Source: Escherichia phage W70. From it: a stretch of 64,000 nt of DNA. Location of the stretch: sequence record OP778610. One strand, written 5' to 3'. The notes below the pieces were generated by a model. It made no database searches and was not told where the DNA came from. It saw only the letters and a program-made list of their open reading frames with translations. The stretch's first letter is position 1. The number at the start of each line of letters is the position of its first letter. A program made the position numbers and the translations under genes. This document shows positions 1 to 10,000 of the stretch, piece by piece.

Positions 1-1488
1 ATGTCTGCTACATTCGCACCAGCGAGTCGAAAGCAACAAATGGTTCTCGAATCTGACGCACAAATAATGGTTATCGGTGGTGCAGCGGGATCAGGTAAGT
101 CCTACCTGCTCCAGTTGATGCCTTTGTTGATTGTAAACGACCCCAGAACAGCATGTATCATGTTCCGTCGTACCGTCCCTCAGATTCGTGGACAAGGTGG
201 TTTGTTCGACAAAGCTAAGGATATTTACAACCAACTACCTCCGGTAGTTAAGCCTAAGTTTAAAGAAAATGAAATGACTGCAACATTTCCTAACGGGGCT
301 ACCGTTAAATGGCAGTCTATGCAACACGTAAGCGATAAATTCGATATTCAGGGATTGGAGTTTACCTTTATCGGAGTTGACGAAGGAACACAGTTCGAAT
401 GGGAACAGTTGGAATATATGATGTCCCGTTTGCGTTCAAACTCAAAATACCCTTCCCGTATGGTAATAAGTTGCAACCCTGATCCTGATCATTACCTTCG
501 TAAGATGGTTGACTGGTATCTCGATAAGGATGGCTATCCTAATCCTGAAAAAGACGGAGTTATTCGTTATTTTGTCCGTGTTGATGACCAGTACATGTGG
601 GGCGAGTCAATAGAGGAGTTGAAGAAACGTTATGGTAAGAAATGTAAGCCAGTATCGTTCACATTCATATCTTCCACTATTTATGACAACCCGCCGATGC
701 TTATCAACAACCCCGAATACCTTGCCCAGTTGGAAGGTCTTAACGAGGTTGACCGTGCACGACTTCTTCATGGTAACTGGGATGCTCGTCCGCAGGGTGC
801 AAACTATTTTAAACGTTCTTTCCTCAAAAATGTAGATCATCTCCCGCTTAATTGCGACAAGGTTAGATCTTACGATAAAGCAGGTACAGAGCGTTCCACA
901 GGTAACAAAACACCTGACTTCACGGCAGGTATAGGTGTAGCGCGAGATCAGGATGGGTTCTACTACCTGTTCGGTGATTATTGTGATGAATTCGTTGATA
1001 CTGGCGATTGGTCCACTGGACAAGCCGGACGCTTCTGCAAAAAAGCAGGTGAGCGTGACAAGATTATTCTTAAACAGGCAATACATGACGGAGATGACGT
1101 TAGGATCATCTTCCCTGTTGACCCTGGTCAAGCAGGTCTATCCGAATTTACTACATCTTCTCGTGAGTTATTAAGTAAAGGGTTCATGGTTGAGAAAGAT
1201 CCAACACCAGGTAACAAGAAGAAGCTTGTACGCTTCTCTCCGTTTGCTAACTTAGCACAGAACGGATTTGTACGGATTGTTGAGAAATCTTTTCCTATGG
1301 ACACATTAGAAGCTTTATTGAAGGAACTTGAATCTTTCGACGGTGAGAGGTCAACTGGATCACGTAAGGACGACTGGGTGGATGCCATCTCTTCGGGTAT
1401 TAACTATCTGGAGAAAACAGAAATTGTCCGTGCTGTTCCAATACCACGACCTCACGCCCCTACGATGTATTCCAGGTATAGACGATAA
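1..1488 (+). CDS. terL: terminase large subunit
   Basis: 495 aa; Walker A VIGGAAGSGKS near N-terminus, Walker B-like FIGVDEG, C-terminal nuclease-like acidic motif DDWVDAIS; first gene of the morphogenesis block. May begin upstream of the window. Confidence 0.85.
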   Translation: MSATFAPASRKQQMVLESDAQIMVIGGAAGSGKSYLLQLMPLLIVNDPRTACIMFRRTVPQIRGQGGLFDKAKDIYNQLPPVVKPKFKENEMTATFPNGATVKWQSMQHVSDKFDIQGLEFTFIGVDEGTQFEWEQLEYMMSRLRSNSKYPSRMVISCNPDPDHYLRKMVDWYLDKDGYPNPEKDGVIRYFVRVDDQYMWGESIEELKKRYGKKCKPVSFTFISSTIYDNPPMLINNPEYLAQLEGLNEVDRARLLHGNWDARPQGANYFKRSFLKNVDHLPLNCDKVRSYDKAGTERSTGNKTPDFTAGIGVARDQDGFYYLFGDYCDEFVDTGDWSTGQAGRFCKKAGERDKIILKQAIHDGDDVRIIFPVDPGQAGLSEFTTSSRELLSKGFMVEKDPTPGNKKKLVRFSPFANLAQNGFVRIVEKSFPMDTLEALLKELESFDGERSTGSRKDDWVDAISSGINYLEKTEIVRAVPIPRPHAPTMYSRYRR

Positions 1489-1503
1489 CTGAGGGGAATT
1501 ATT

Positions 1504-3036
1504 TTGAAGAAGAAGAATAAAGGTCGCAACACACAGGTTCGTAAAGCGACGAGCGAAGAATTAAACGTTGCTCGTTTACGAATGAGTGAGCAAGGTACTT
1601 TTGCTTTAGCTAAGGTTCAGGTGGAAACTGAACGTATGAAAGCTGAAGAAATTAAATGGCCTCAATTGATCGGTACGGTTGAAGCTATGAAACAAGATGC
1701 TACGGTAGCGACTGGTCTTGATATGCTTTACACTTTCGTAGAGAAAGCATTCAAGGACTTCAAAGTAATCCCTGGCAAATCTAAAGAGTCTCAAGACGCA
1801 GCAGAGTTCATTACCTTCTGCCTTCGTAACATGGAAGGTCAAACCCTGCGTCAATTTGCCCGTGACGCTGCCACATTTAACGAATACGGCATCTCTGTAG
1901 TTGAGAAGGTATATACTCAGATCCAGACTGGTGAATATGCAGGACGATTTAAGATTAAAAACCTTGCATTCCGTCCACAGGCTTCTCTGAGTCGTAAAAA
2001 CCCTCTCGTGTACAGCGATGATGGTTCTCGTGTTGTAGGTGTTAAGCAATCCCTTGATTCTTTCAAGAACTACACTGCCAGTCCTCTTGGCGCTTCTATT
2101 AGTGGCCTTATCGGCTCTCGTAAAGGCAATGACGTTGTAATCCCAGCAAACAAGCTGATGATCATGACTACTGGTGGTTCTTCTTCTCAAGCACTCGGCG
2201 TTTCCCCGTTGGTTGCTTGTTACCGACCTTGGCGTGAAAAGGTTCTTATTGAGAACCTCGAAGTTGTTGGTGCTACGAAAGACATGGGCGGCGTTATCGA
2301 ACTGAAGATTCCTTCTGCCATCCTTAACAAAGCTGCCATCGATCCTTCCAGCTACGAAGCAGAAATGGTTCAGGGTTTGATGATGGATGCTGCAAACGCC
2401 CACTCCGGTGAGCAATCTTTCTTTATGCTACCATCTGACGTTAAAGACAACTCACCTTTGTACTCAATGTCTCTGAAAGGCATTGATGGTATGGGTAAAC
2501 AGTACAGTACTCGTGACCTGATCAGTGATCGTAAAAAATCAATCCTTGATCGTCTGGGTGCGGGATTCCTGAACGTAGGTAATGATGCTTCTGGTTCATA
2601 CAACCTGTCGGAATCAAAACAAACTATCCATACTCAATTTGTACAACGTGTTAATGAAATTATCGCTGAAGCACTGAATGAAAACCTGCTCCCTCAGCTT
2701 CTGGCTCTGAACGGTATTCGTCTGGCAGAAAAAGAAATGCCATTCGTTAAATTTGGTCAGATCGTTGATACAGACATGGAAGGTTTCTCTAAAGCGGTTC
2801 AGCGTATGGGTGCTGTCGGCTACTTGCCTAAGACACCGGAAGTTATTAATCGCATTCTTGATGTTCTTGGAATCGATTATCAAGTTGGTGAAGATATTTC
2901 GCAAGAAGAACTTATGCTTCTCCTTGGAGATAATACCAGTCGTTCTGGCGATGGCTTTGCACAGGGGACTTCTGGAAACGGGACTGCAAAGATTAGCGGA
3001 ACAAGAGATAATTCAGTTTCTAATTTAGAAAATTGA
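1504..3036 (+). CDS. portal protein (putative)
   Basis: 510 aa ORF immediately downstream of the terminase, size and position typical of portal. Track start is a TTG; an ATG at about 1582 is an alternative start. Confidence 0.5.
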   Translation: MKKKNKGRNTQVRKATSEELNVARLRMSEQGTFALAKVQVETERMKAEEIKWPQLIGTVEAMKQDATVATGLDMLYTFVEKAFKDFKVIPGKSKESQDAAEFITFCLRNMEGQTLRQFARDAATFNEYGISVVEKVYTQIQTGEYAGRFKIKNLAFRPQASLSRKNPLVYSDDGSRVVGVKQSLDSFKNYTASPLGASISGLIGSRKGNDVVIPANKLMIMTTGGSSSQALGVSPLVACYRPWREKVLIENLEVVGATKDMGGVIELKIPSAILNKAAIDPSSYEAEMVQGLMMDAANAHSGEQSFFMLPSDVKDNSPLYSMSLKGIDGMGKQYSTRDLISDRKKSILDRLGAGFLNVGNDASGSYNLSESKQTIHTQFVQRVNEIIAEALNENLLPQLLALNGIRLAEKEMPFVKFGQIVDTDMEGFSKAVQRMGAVGYLPKTPEVINRILDVLGIDYQVGEDISQEELMLLLGDNTSRSGDGFAQGTSGNGTAKISGTRDNSVSNLEN

Positions 3037-3057
3037 TCTTTGATTTAAATCAGACTC

Positions 3058-3675
3058 TTGCAAAACGAATCGTTCAGTGTTAAAATAAATATCACGGGAG
3101 CAATGATGGAAAACATTACTATCTCCGACCTTCCTTCACAAACCTATCTGTCCCGAATCCAAAAGGGACGGGCTGTGAAAAAGGCCAATGAGCTACTTAA
3201 ACAGGGCTTCAATAAAGAGGCTTCTATTTCTGGAGCCATTGGCTCCGTTCTTGTCCAAAAAGCTGCACAGAAAGAAGAGATGATTTCTTACGAGATCATT
3301 TACGAACCTGATACGCCGGATGCTCATGGACAATGGATGAGCAAAGAGACACTAGTTAAAGCACAACAAGATTTCAAGAAAGCTCAAGAAATCGGTGCGG
3401 TAACTGAGAACTTGTACCACTTGGTTGATACCGAAGCATTCAAGATCGTAGATCATTGGATTCAGCCAGAAATTGATGTAACTGTCACACAAACAGGAGA
3501 AATCATAAAAGCAGGATCATGGGTAGCAAAGGTTCAATATTCACCTGAAGCATGGGAGTTAAAGAAAGCTGGCATCGTCGGTGGATTATCTCTTCAGTGC
3601 GGTGGTATGTTGAATGAGGAAACAAATGAGCTATCCGATCTTGATTTCAGTATCGAATTGGAAGAGGAAGAATAA
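3058..3675 (+). CDS. head morphogenesis protein (function unknown; position of a prohead protease)
   Basis: 205 aa ORF between portal and scaffold; acidic EEEE C-terminus; no catalytic motif recognised. Start uncertain (ATG at about 3103 possible). Confidence 0.35.
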   Translation: MQNESFSVKINITGAMMENITISDLPSQTYLSRIQKGRAVKKANELLKQGFNKEASISGAIGSVLVQKAAQKEEMISYEIIYEPDTPDAHGQWMSKETLVKAQQDFKKAQEIGAVTENLYHLVDTEAFKIVDHWIQPEIDVTVTQTGEIIKAGSWVAKVQYSPEAWELKKAGIVGGLSLQCGGMLNEETNELSDLDFSIELEEEE

Positions 3676-4769
3676 TGATTAAGACCCTTATAGAGAAAGG
3701 TCGCCAGATTAAATCTCGCGGAATTGCTCTAACTCACCGAGATCAAGGCTACAGTGCGAATAACCGCCACGTAAGCCTCCTCACTAAATCTGACATTGAC
3801 CCTAGCAAACTTACGGTTGATGTTATCAAAGCCCTTGAGCAAGTTCAAGTAACTATCAGTATGGAAGAGTTTTTACGTCGCTTCTTCCACATGTATTATG
3901 ATGATGCTGAGTTACTTACTAAGCTGCTGGGCTTCACAACTACCTTCGAAGACGAATATGCTGATAAAGATCCTGAAGACTTGGATTCTTATACGGCTGA
4001 TTACATCCGTCGTCATCAAGAATATCTCGATGAGAAGCTTGAAACAATCACTATCATCAAGAAAGCAAAAGAAGGTGCTGACCTTTCTCTCGTTGAACGC
4101 TTCGAGTTAATTAAGACTCGCAAGCAGTTTGAAGACGGATGTAAAGAATTGGGCCTTGACTTTGGTGACAATTCAGAATTATGCAAACCAGAAACTGGTG
4201 AAGTAGTTAAATCAGCTACTAAACCTGAACCTGTAAGCTCCGCTGGAGCGACCACAACCATCAAGGAGACTCCTGTGGAAAAAGAAGTAGATGTAACCAA
4301 GTCCCAACAATTCATTGATCTGATGAAAGCTAATGAAGCGTTGATGGCTCAGGTTGAAGGTATGAAAGAAACCTTCACCGCTGCTCAAGAAATCGTTAAA
4401 GCTCAGGCTGTTGCAAAACGTGAAGTTGCCTTGAACAAAGCTGCAAGTTTTGGTTTTGTTGCTGATGACCAACGTGAAGCTGTTGCTGACCTGATCGAAG
4501 ACCCAGCTAAAGCATCTGTTGTTGCTGTGCTGGAAAAAGCTGCTGCTGCTCTTAAAGAGAAAGACGAAGCTCTCGTCGCTAAAGATGCAGAAATCGAAGA
4601 GATCAAAAAATCCTTCGCTGACGGCAAAGAAGTAGGTGCTGATGGTCAACTGACTGAAGTTGCTAAAGGCTCTGAAGACGCTCAGGCTCGTTTGAACCGA
4701 GTAATCGCAGAACGTGCAGCAGAGATCGCTAAGGCTGCTAACGGCAATGCTGAATTTATTAACGCCTAA
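3675..4769 (+). CDS. scaffolding protein (putative)
   Basis: 364 aa, Ala/Glu/Lys-rich predicted coiled-coil C-terminal half, directly upstream of decoration and capsid genes; start overlaps previous stop (TAATG). Confidence 0.45.
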   Translation: MIKTLIEKGRQIKSRGIALTHRDQGYSANNRHVSLLTKSDIDPSKLTVDVIKALEQVQVTISMEEFLRRFFHMYYDDAELLTKLLGFTTTFEDEYADKDPEDLDSYTADYIRRHQEYLDEKLETITIIKKAKEGADLSLVERFELIKTRKQFEDGCKELGLDFGDNSELCKPETGEVVKSATKPEPVSSAGATTTIKETPVEKEVDVTKSQQFIDLMKANEALMAQVEGMKETFTAAQEIVKAQAVAKREVALNKAASFGFVADDQREAVADLIEDPAKASVVAVLEKAAAALKEKDEALVAKDAEIEEIKKSFADGKEVGADGQLTEVAKGSEDAQARLNRVIAERAAEIAKAANGNAEFINA

Positions 4770-4789
4770 TTATTGAGGAAACGAATAGA

Positions 4790-5221
4790 ATGGCTAAAGC
4801 ACATGTTGTAACTCTCGAAGGTAACTACTCTGATATCGTACTGGGCCGTGTTGTTGCATTTGGTGACACTGGTTGGAACTTTGAAGAAGTAGAAATGGAT
4901 TATACTGCTGATCTGGTCGCAGGTCTGCTGGTTAAAGCTGATGGTACTCCGGCTGCTGTTGCAGACGCTGCTGACGTTTACGGTGTTCTGGTTGACCGTA
5001 AAGTTCTGCCTGGTGTTACCAAGCATGACGGCGCTACCCCGATGGCTGGTGAGAAGCTTCCTATGACTATCGCTGTTCGTGGTCTGACCCTGAACGCAAC
5101 CAAACTGGTCTACGCTGACGGTACTGCAATTGACGCTGCTGGTAAACTGGCTCTGTCTAAAGCTGGAAACCAAGTGACTGACCGTGTAGTAGCTACCGAA
5201 TTCCTGGGCGCTGTCCTGTAA
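4790..5221 (+). CDS. head decoration protein (putative, gpD-like position)
   Basis: 143 aa ORF directly upstream of the capsid gene; strongly biased high-expression codon usage (ctg, cgt, ggt). Confidence 0.4.
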   Translation: MAKAHVVTLEGNYSDIVLGRVVAFGDTGWNFEEVEMDYTADLVAGLLVKADGTPAAVADAADVYGVLVDRKVLPGVTKHDGATPMAGEKLPMTIAVRGLTLNATKLVYADGTAIDAAGKLALSKAGNQVTDRVVATEFLGAVL

Positions 5222-5244
5222 CTTTTTCGAAGGAGAATATTTAA

Positions 5245-6240
5245 ATGCATAATGGTGATTTTCAAATCCTGGATTACACTGGCCTGATCTCTACTCTGCC
5301 GCGTGTTGATACCCTGCTTCAAAGCATGAACCTGTTCACTGAGAACTTTGGTCGTACCACTATCGCTAAAATCGAACGTCGTGATGACGGTGCTGGTCAG
5401 ATCAATGCTGTACAGCGTGGTAGCGTTCGTCAGCACCTGGGTAATGATCGTAAAAAGATCGTCAACCTGAATATCCCGTTCTTCCCTCTGGACCGTTCCA
5501 TTGACCGTGCTGATATCCAGAACTTCCGTGAATTCGGTACTGAAAATGCTCCGGCAACTGTTGAAGCTGAAGTAGCTCGTCACCTGGCTCGTATCCGTCG
5601 TAGTCATGCGGTTCTGAAATCCAAGGCAATGTACGCTGCTCTGAAAGGTACTTCCTGGTCGCCAAATGATCCGGTTTGTGATTACGACTACTACGATGTT
5701 TGGGGTGTAACCCAGCAGACTGCTGATGTTGACTTCACCTCTCTGGCTGTTGACCCGATTGAAGTGCTGGAAGCTGAAGCTCGTGCACATATCATCGATT
5801 ACGCAGGTGATCAAGGCGACAACTACGAGATCGTTGTTATGGCATCCCGTCAGTGGTTCTCTGCTCTGATTTCTCACCCGCAGGTAACTGGTGCATACTC
5901 TCAGTATCCGTCTACTCAGGAAATCCTGCGTCGTCGTCTGGGCGGTAATGCTAATAACCGTATCTTCGAACACAAGAACATCCTGTTCATCGAAGACATT
6001 TCCGGTAACATCCCTGCTGGTGAAGCATACATCTTCCCTCGTGGTATCGATCGTATGTTCGAAATCTATTACGCGCCGAGCGACACTCTGGAAGGTGCTA
6101 ACCAAGTAGCTCAGGAACTGTATGTATTCTTCAAAGAATCTCAGTACCTGCGTGAAGCGAAGATCGAATCTGAAACTTCCTTCCTGACTGTTAACAACCG
6201 TCCTGAACTGGTAGTTAAGTCTGTTGGTAAGTTTGAGTAA
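5245..6240 (+). CDS. major capsid protein (putative, lambda gpE-like position)
   Basis: 331 aa; strongest codon bias in the window; SD plus ATG; followed by a strong intrinsic terminator. Confidence 0.55.
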   Translation: MHNGDFQILDYTGLISTLPRVDTLLQSMNLFTENFGRTTIAKIERRDDGAGQINAVQRGSVRQHLGNDRKKIVNLNIPFFPLDRSIDRADIQNFREFGTENAPATVEAEVARHLARIRRSHAVLKSKAMYAALKGTSWSPNDPVCDYDYYDVWGVTQQTADVDFTSLAVDPIEVLEAEARAHIIDYAGDQGDNYEIVVMASRQWFSALISHPQVTGAYSQYPSTQEILRRRLGGNANNRIFEHKNILFIEDISGNIPAGEAYIFPRGIDRMFEIYYAPSDTLEGANQVAQELYVFFKESQYLREAKIESETSFLTVNNRPELVVKSVGKFE

Positions 6241-6256
6241 TCTTAATAACTAATTA

Positions 6257-6284
6257 AAGGTCACCTTCGGGTGGCCTTTTTTAT
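6257..6284 (+). terminator. rho-independent terminator after capsid gene
   Basis: GC hairpin aggtcacc-ttcg-ggtggcct followed by a T-run. Confidence 0.7.
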
Positions 6285-6364
6285 TATGCCTGTACAATTT
6301 AACCAAAATAGTGTACCATTATAAGATAGGCTATTAATCTAATCAATGACGAAGGAGTTATTTA

Positions 6365-6949
6365 ATGTCTAAGCAAACTCACTTGGAAGTCTTTAAGAGT
6401 GAATATCACATGCTCAAGTTCTTTGGTGAATATCTTGAAAAACTTGATGTAAACACCTCTGCACGTTTAGGTGCATTCCTTTATAGTTACGACGGTAAAC
6501 TGGTTCTTGCTCGTGGACTTTACGATTTCCTAACCCAAATGGAAAAGATGACCGCTCTCGGCATCGATACTCTGGCTTCTGCACAAAAAGGTACAAGTTT
6601 CTTAGTGTTTTTCAAAGAGAAACCTAAAGACCCTTTAAAATTTCGATTAGATGTTAAGAAAATCGAGGCTGTTAAAGAAGCTATCGTTGCTGACACCCCG
6701 TCTAAGGTAATGGAAGAGTCTGTTCTTGTCAATACCAAAGTTGAAGAAGTAGAAGTAAAGGCAGAATCATCTGACCGTACTGAAGAAGAAAAAGCACAGA
6801 TCTTGACTAAAGCTGAAGAACTGCGTGATGACAGCAAAAAGGCTGCATCTAAGGCTGCATTGGAAGCTTTCGCTGTGGAATATGGTATTTCACTGAGCAA
6901 AGGCAAAACCTTTGATGGGATGCTTGAAGATTTAGCTGCTGCACTATAA
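6365..6949 (+). CDS. hypothetical structural protein
   Basis: 194 aa ORF with SD; acidic and Lys-rich C-terminal half. Confidence 0.5.
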   Translation: MSKQTHLEVFKSEYHMLKFFGEYLEKLDVNTSARLGAFLYSYDGKLVLARGLYDFLTQMEKMTALGIDTLASAQKGTSFLVFFKEKPKDPLKFRLDVKKIEAVKEAIVADTPSKVMEESVLVNTKVEEVEVKAESSDRTEEEKAQILTKAEELRDDSKKAASKAALEAFAVEYGISLSKGKTFDGMLEDLAAAL

Positions 6950-6960
6950 TCCCACCTCAT

Positions 6961-6976
6961 GCCCCTGTTCAGGGGC
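6961..6976 (+). terminator. hairpin (possible terminator or attenuator)
   Basis: gcccctg-ttc-aggggc stem-loop after the 6365-6949 ORF; weak T tract. Confidence 0.3.
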
Positions 6977-7002
6977 TTAAAATCCCTAGGAGAATTTTAT
7001 AA

Positions 7003-10000
7003 ATGGCTGAATATAATGATAAGGTCGTGGAAGCATTCGTTACTGCCCCAGATCCTGTCGTAACTACCACTGGTGGTGGAGTTATTTTTGACGGTATTGA
7101 AACAGAAGATACTGTATCAACCCTGCTGATTGGTGATGGTACTGCATCCTCCCCTTTACAAGCGCAAGTCAAACTTTCTCGCCGTGCTGGTAACGCCCTG
7201 ACTATCGTTCAATCCGATACCGAGCAAGGCTTGTTTGCTACTGCCGGAGATGCTAAAGTTTCAGCTTCTCAAGTGAACATTGCAAAATACGTAACTGCGG
7301 AAGAAGCTGCTGCACAAGGCGATGCAGGTCTGGAAGGTATTTTGGTAGAGCCTGTCCATGCGACCACCACCGCAGTTGGCGATGCCTTGGAAATTACCGC
7401 AGATCCTTTGACGGCTAAAAAATCCCGCATTTCCCTGAAAGTTTCCCCTTCCGCAACCAACGCGTTATCTGTAGAGTCAGATGGATTGGCAGTTAAAGTC
7501 TCTCCTGCCGTTGACAACAGCCTGCAAGTCCGTGAAGGTGCACTTTACGTAGCTCCTGTTGGTGCTGATATTTCTCAAGACCCAGGTAACAAACTGGAAC
7601 AGCGTTCAGATGGACTGTTCGTAGAAACCATCAAAGGCGACAAAGGTGATCAGGGCGAGCAAGGACCAGAAGGTCCTCAAGGCCCAGCAGGGGAAGCTGG
7701 ACCTGCTGGACCACAGGGTGAAAAAGGCGACAAAGGCGATCAAGGTGAAGTCGGCCCTGCTGGCGCAACTGGCCCTGCTGGCCTGACTGGTGCAACTGGT
7801 CCTCGTGGTATAGAAGGACCTCGTGGCCCTGCTGGTATTGGTATTAATATCCTAGACACCCTTGCATCTGAAGACCAATTACCTTCTGTTGTTGATCTTT
7901 CGAATGGGGATACCTATGTAATAGGACAGAGTTTCTTTACCGTTATCACTGAAGGTGGTATCAAACAATGGAGAAACGTAGGTAACTTCGCTGGACCTGA
8001 AGGTCTTTCTGCATTTGAAGTTGCTGAAACCGCAGGCTTTGTTGGAACAGTTGATGACTGGTTGGCTACCCTTCGTGGTGCTGATGGAATCGGTCTGCAA
8101 TTACTCGGTTCTTTCCAACGAATTGAAGACCTTCCGGCAGAAGAGAACAACCCAGGCGATGCCTACATCATTCAAGAAAAGATGTATGTTTGGACTGGTG
8201 ATACAGATGGCTGGCAACCTGTAGGACAGATCGGTCCTGAAGGTCGTTCTGCTTATCAGGTCTGGCTGGCTAACGGGAACGTAGGTTCTCAGCGTGAATT
8301 CCTTGAATCACTGAAAGGTGAGAAAGGTGATACTGGCGATCAGGGTCCTCAGGGTATCCCAGGTGCAGATGGTAAAAATGCTAACGCCATTAATATCTTA
8401 GGTTCCGTTGCAGATCAGGCGAGTTTGCCAGAAGGTGCAGATGCAGGTGATGCTTACCTGATCGGTACTAACGTATTCGTTTCTGATGGTGCTGGCAACT
8501 GGCAAGACTTGGGATCTTTCCAAGGTCCGCAAGGTCCTACTGGTGCTAAAGGCGACAAGGGGGACAAAGGGGACAAAGGTGACAAAGGCGATAAAGGTGA
8601 TGACAACTATGCCATCGCAGTTGCTAACGGTTTCCAAGGATCAGTAAATGAATACCTTGCATCTATCAAGGGTGAGAAAGGTGACGTTGGTGCAACTGGC
8701 CCTCGTGGATTAGCTGGTCCACAAGGTGAACAAGGTCCTGTTGGTGCGGGTCTGAATATCCTTGGCTCAGTAGCTTCCGAAGACCAATTGCCTCAGACTG
8801 GTATTAGTGAAGGTGATGCTTATCTGATTGAAGCTGATCTTTATATCTTTACTGGCGGTCAGTGGACTAACGTTGGTAACATCAAAGGTCCCCAAGGGGA
8901 TGTAGGACCACAAGGTCCACAAGGTCCTATTGGTCTGACTGGTGCACAAGGACCGCAGGGTGCAACAGGGGCACAAGGTCCTGCTGGTCCCCAAGGTGAG
9001 ACTGGTCCACAAGGTGGTATTGGTCCACAGGGCGAGACTGGCGAGAAAGGTGACAAGGGCGATAAGGGTGATAAGGGTGATACTGGAATTGGTATCGTTG
9101 CTCGTGGTATTGTTGCAACTCAAGAAGCACTTCCTGCCGATGCCACCACTGGTGACTTCTACGTTGTAGAGTCTGAAGGTAATGGTTATGCTTGGGACGG
9201 CACTGCATGGGTACTGACTGGTCTTACTCGTGGACCTCAGGGTCTGAAGGGCGACAAAGGCGACACTGGTGAGAAAGGAGACAAAGGAGACAAAGGCGAC
9301 GCAGGTGATGCACTGAAGCTGAAAGGTTTGGTTGCAACCTCCGCTGAACTTCCTTCTACTGCTGAATTAGGTGACTTCTACGTAGCTGAAGACACTGGAA
9401 TCGGTTACGCTTGGGATGGCGTGGAATTCGTTTCTGCCGGAACCGTTAGAGGACCGCAAGGTGAAGTAGGGCCTCAGGGTGAAATTGGCCCTCAAGGACC
9501 GCAAGGCGAGAAGGGAGATGCTGGCGACCAAGGACCTCAAGGATTGGTCGGTGAAACAGGTGCAAAAGGTGATAAAGGGGATAAGGGTGACGTTGGCTCT
9601 GGTCTGATTCCGAGAGGAACTTTACCGTCTCAAGCAGACCTTCCTCAAACTGGTGAAGTTGGTGACTTCTACGTAGCTAACGATACTGGTATTGGATATG
9701 CTTTTGACGGAACTACATTCGTAGAAGCTGGCGTTGCCCGTGGTCCACAGGGTGAACAAGGACCTCAGGGTGAACAGGGACCTCAAGGTCTTAAAGGGGA
9801 TACTGGTGAAACAGGTGCTCAGGGACCTCAAGGTGCTCAAGGTGAGAAAGGTGATACCGGAGAACGTGGAGAGGTAGGTCCGCAAGGTGATCAGGGACCG
9901 CAAGGTGAGCAAGGTCCTCAGGGTGATATCGGACCAGGTGTAGAGATCATTGGACGATTTGATACCTCTGATGAATTACCTTCCACGGGTACTTTGGGTC

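Noticed and set aside
607-2415. - strand ORFs (607-1131, 1606-2415) inside terminase and portal
   Set aside because: Antisense to well-supported genes; no sign of independent expression.
5110-6105. 331-aa ORF on the - strand fully overlapping the capsid gene
   Set aside because: Antisense shadow ORF of a strongly codon-biased gene; no SD or independent start context, and the sense gene is clearly the real one.
8767-9208. Pro/Cys-rich - strand and alternate-frame ORFs inside the collagen-like gene
   Set aside because: Artefacts of the repetitive GGN-rich collagen coding sequence.
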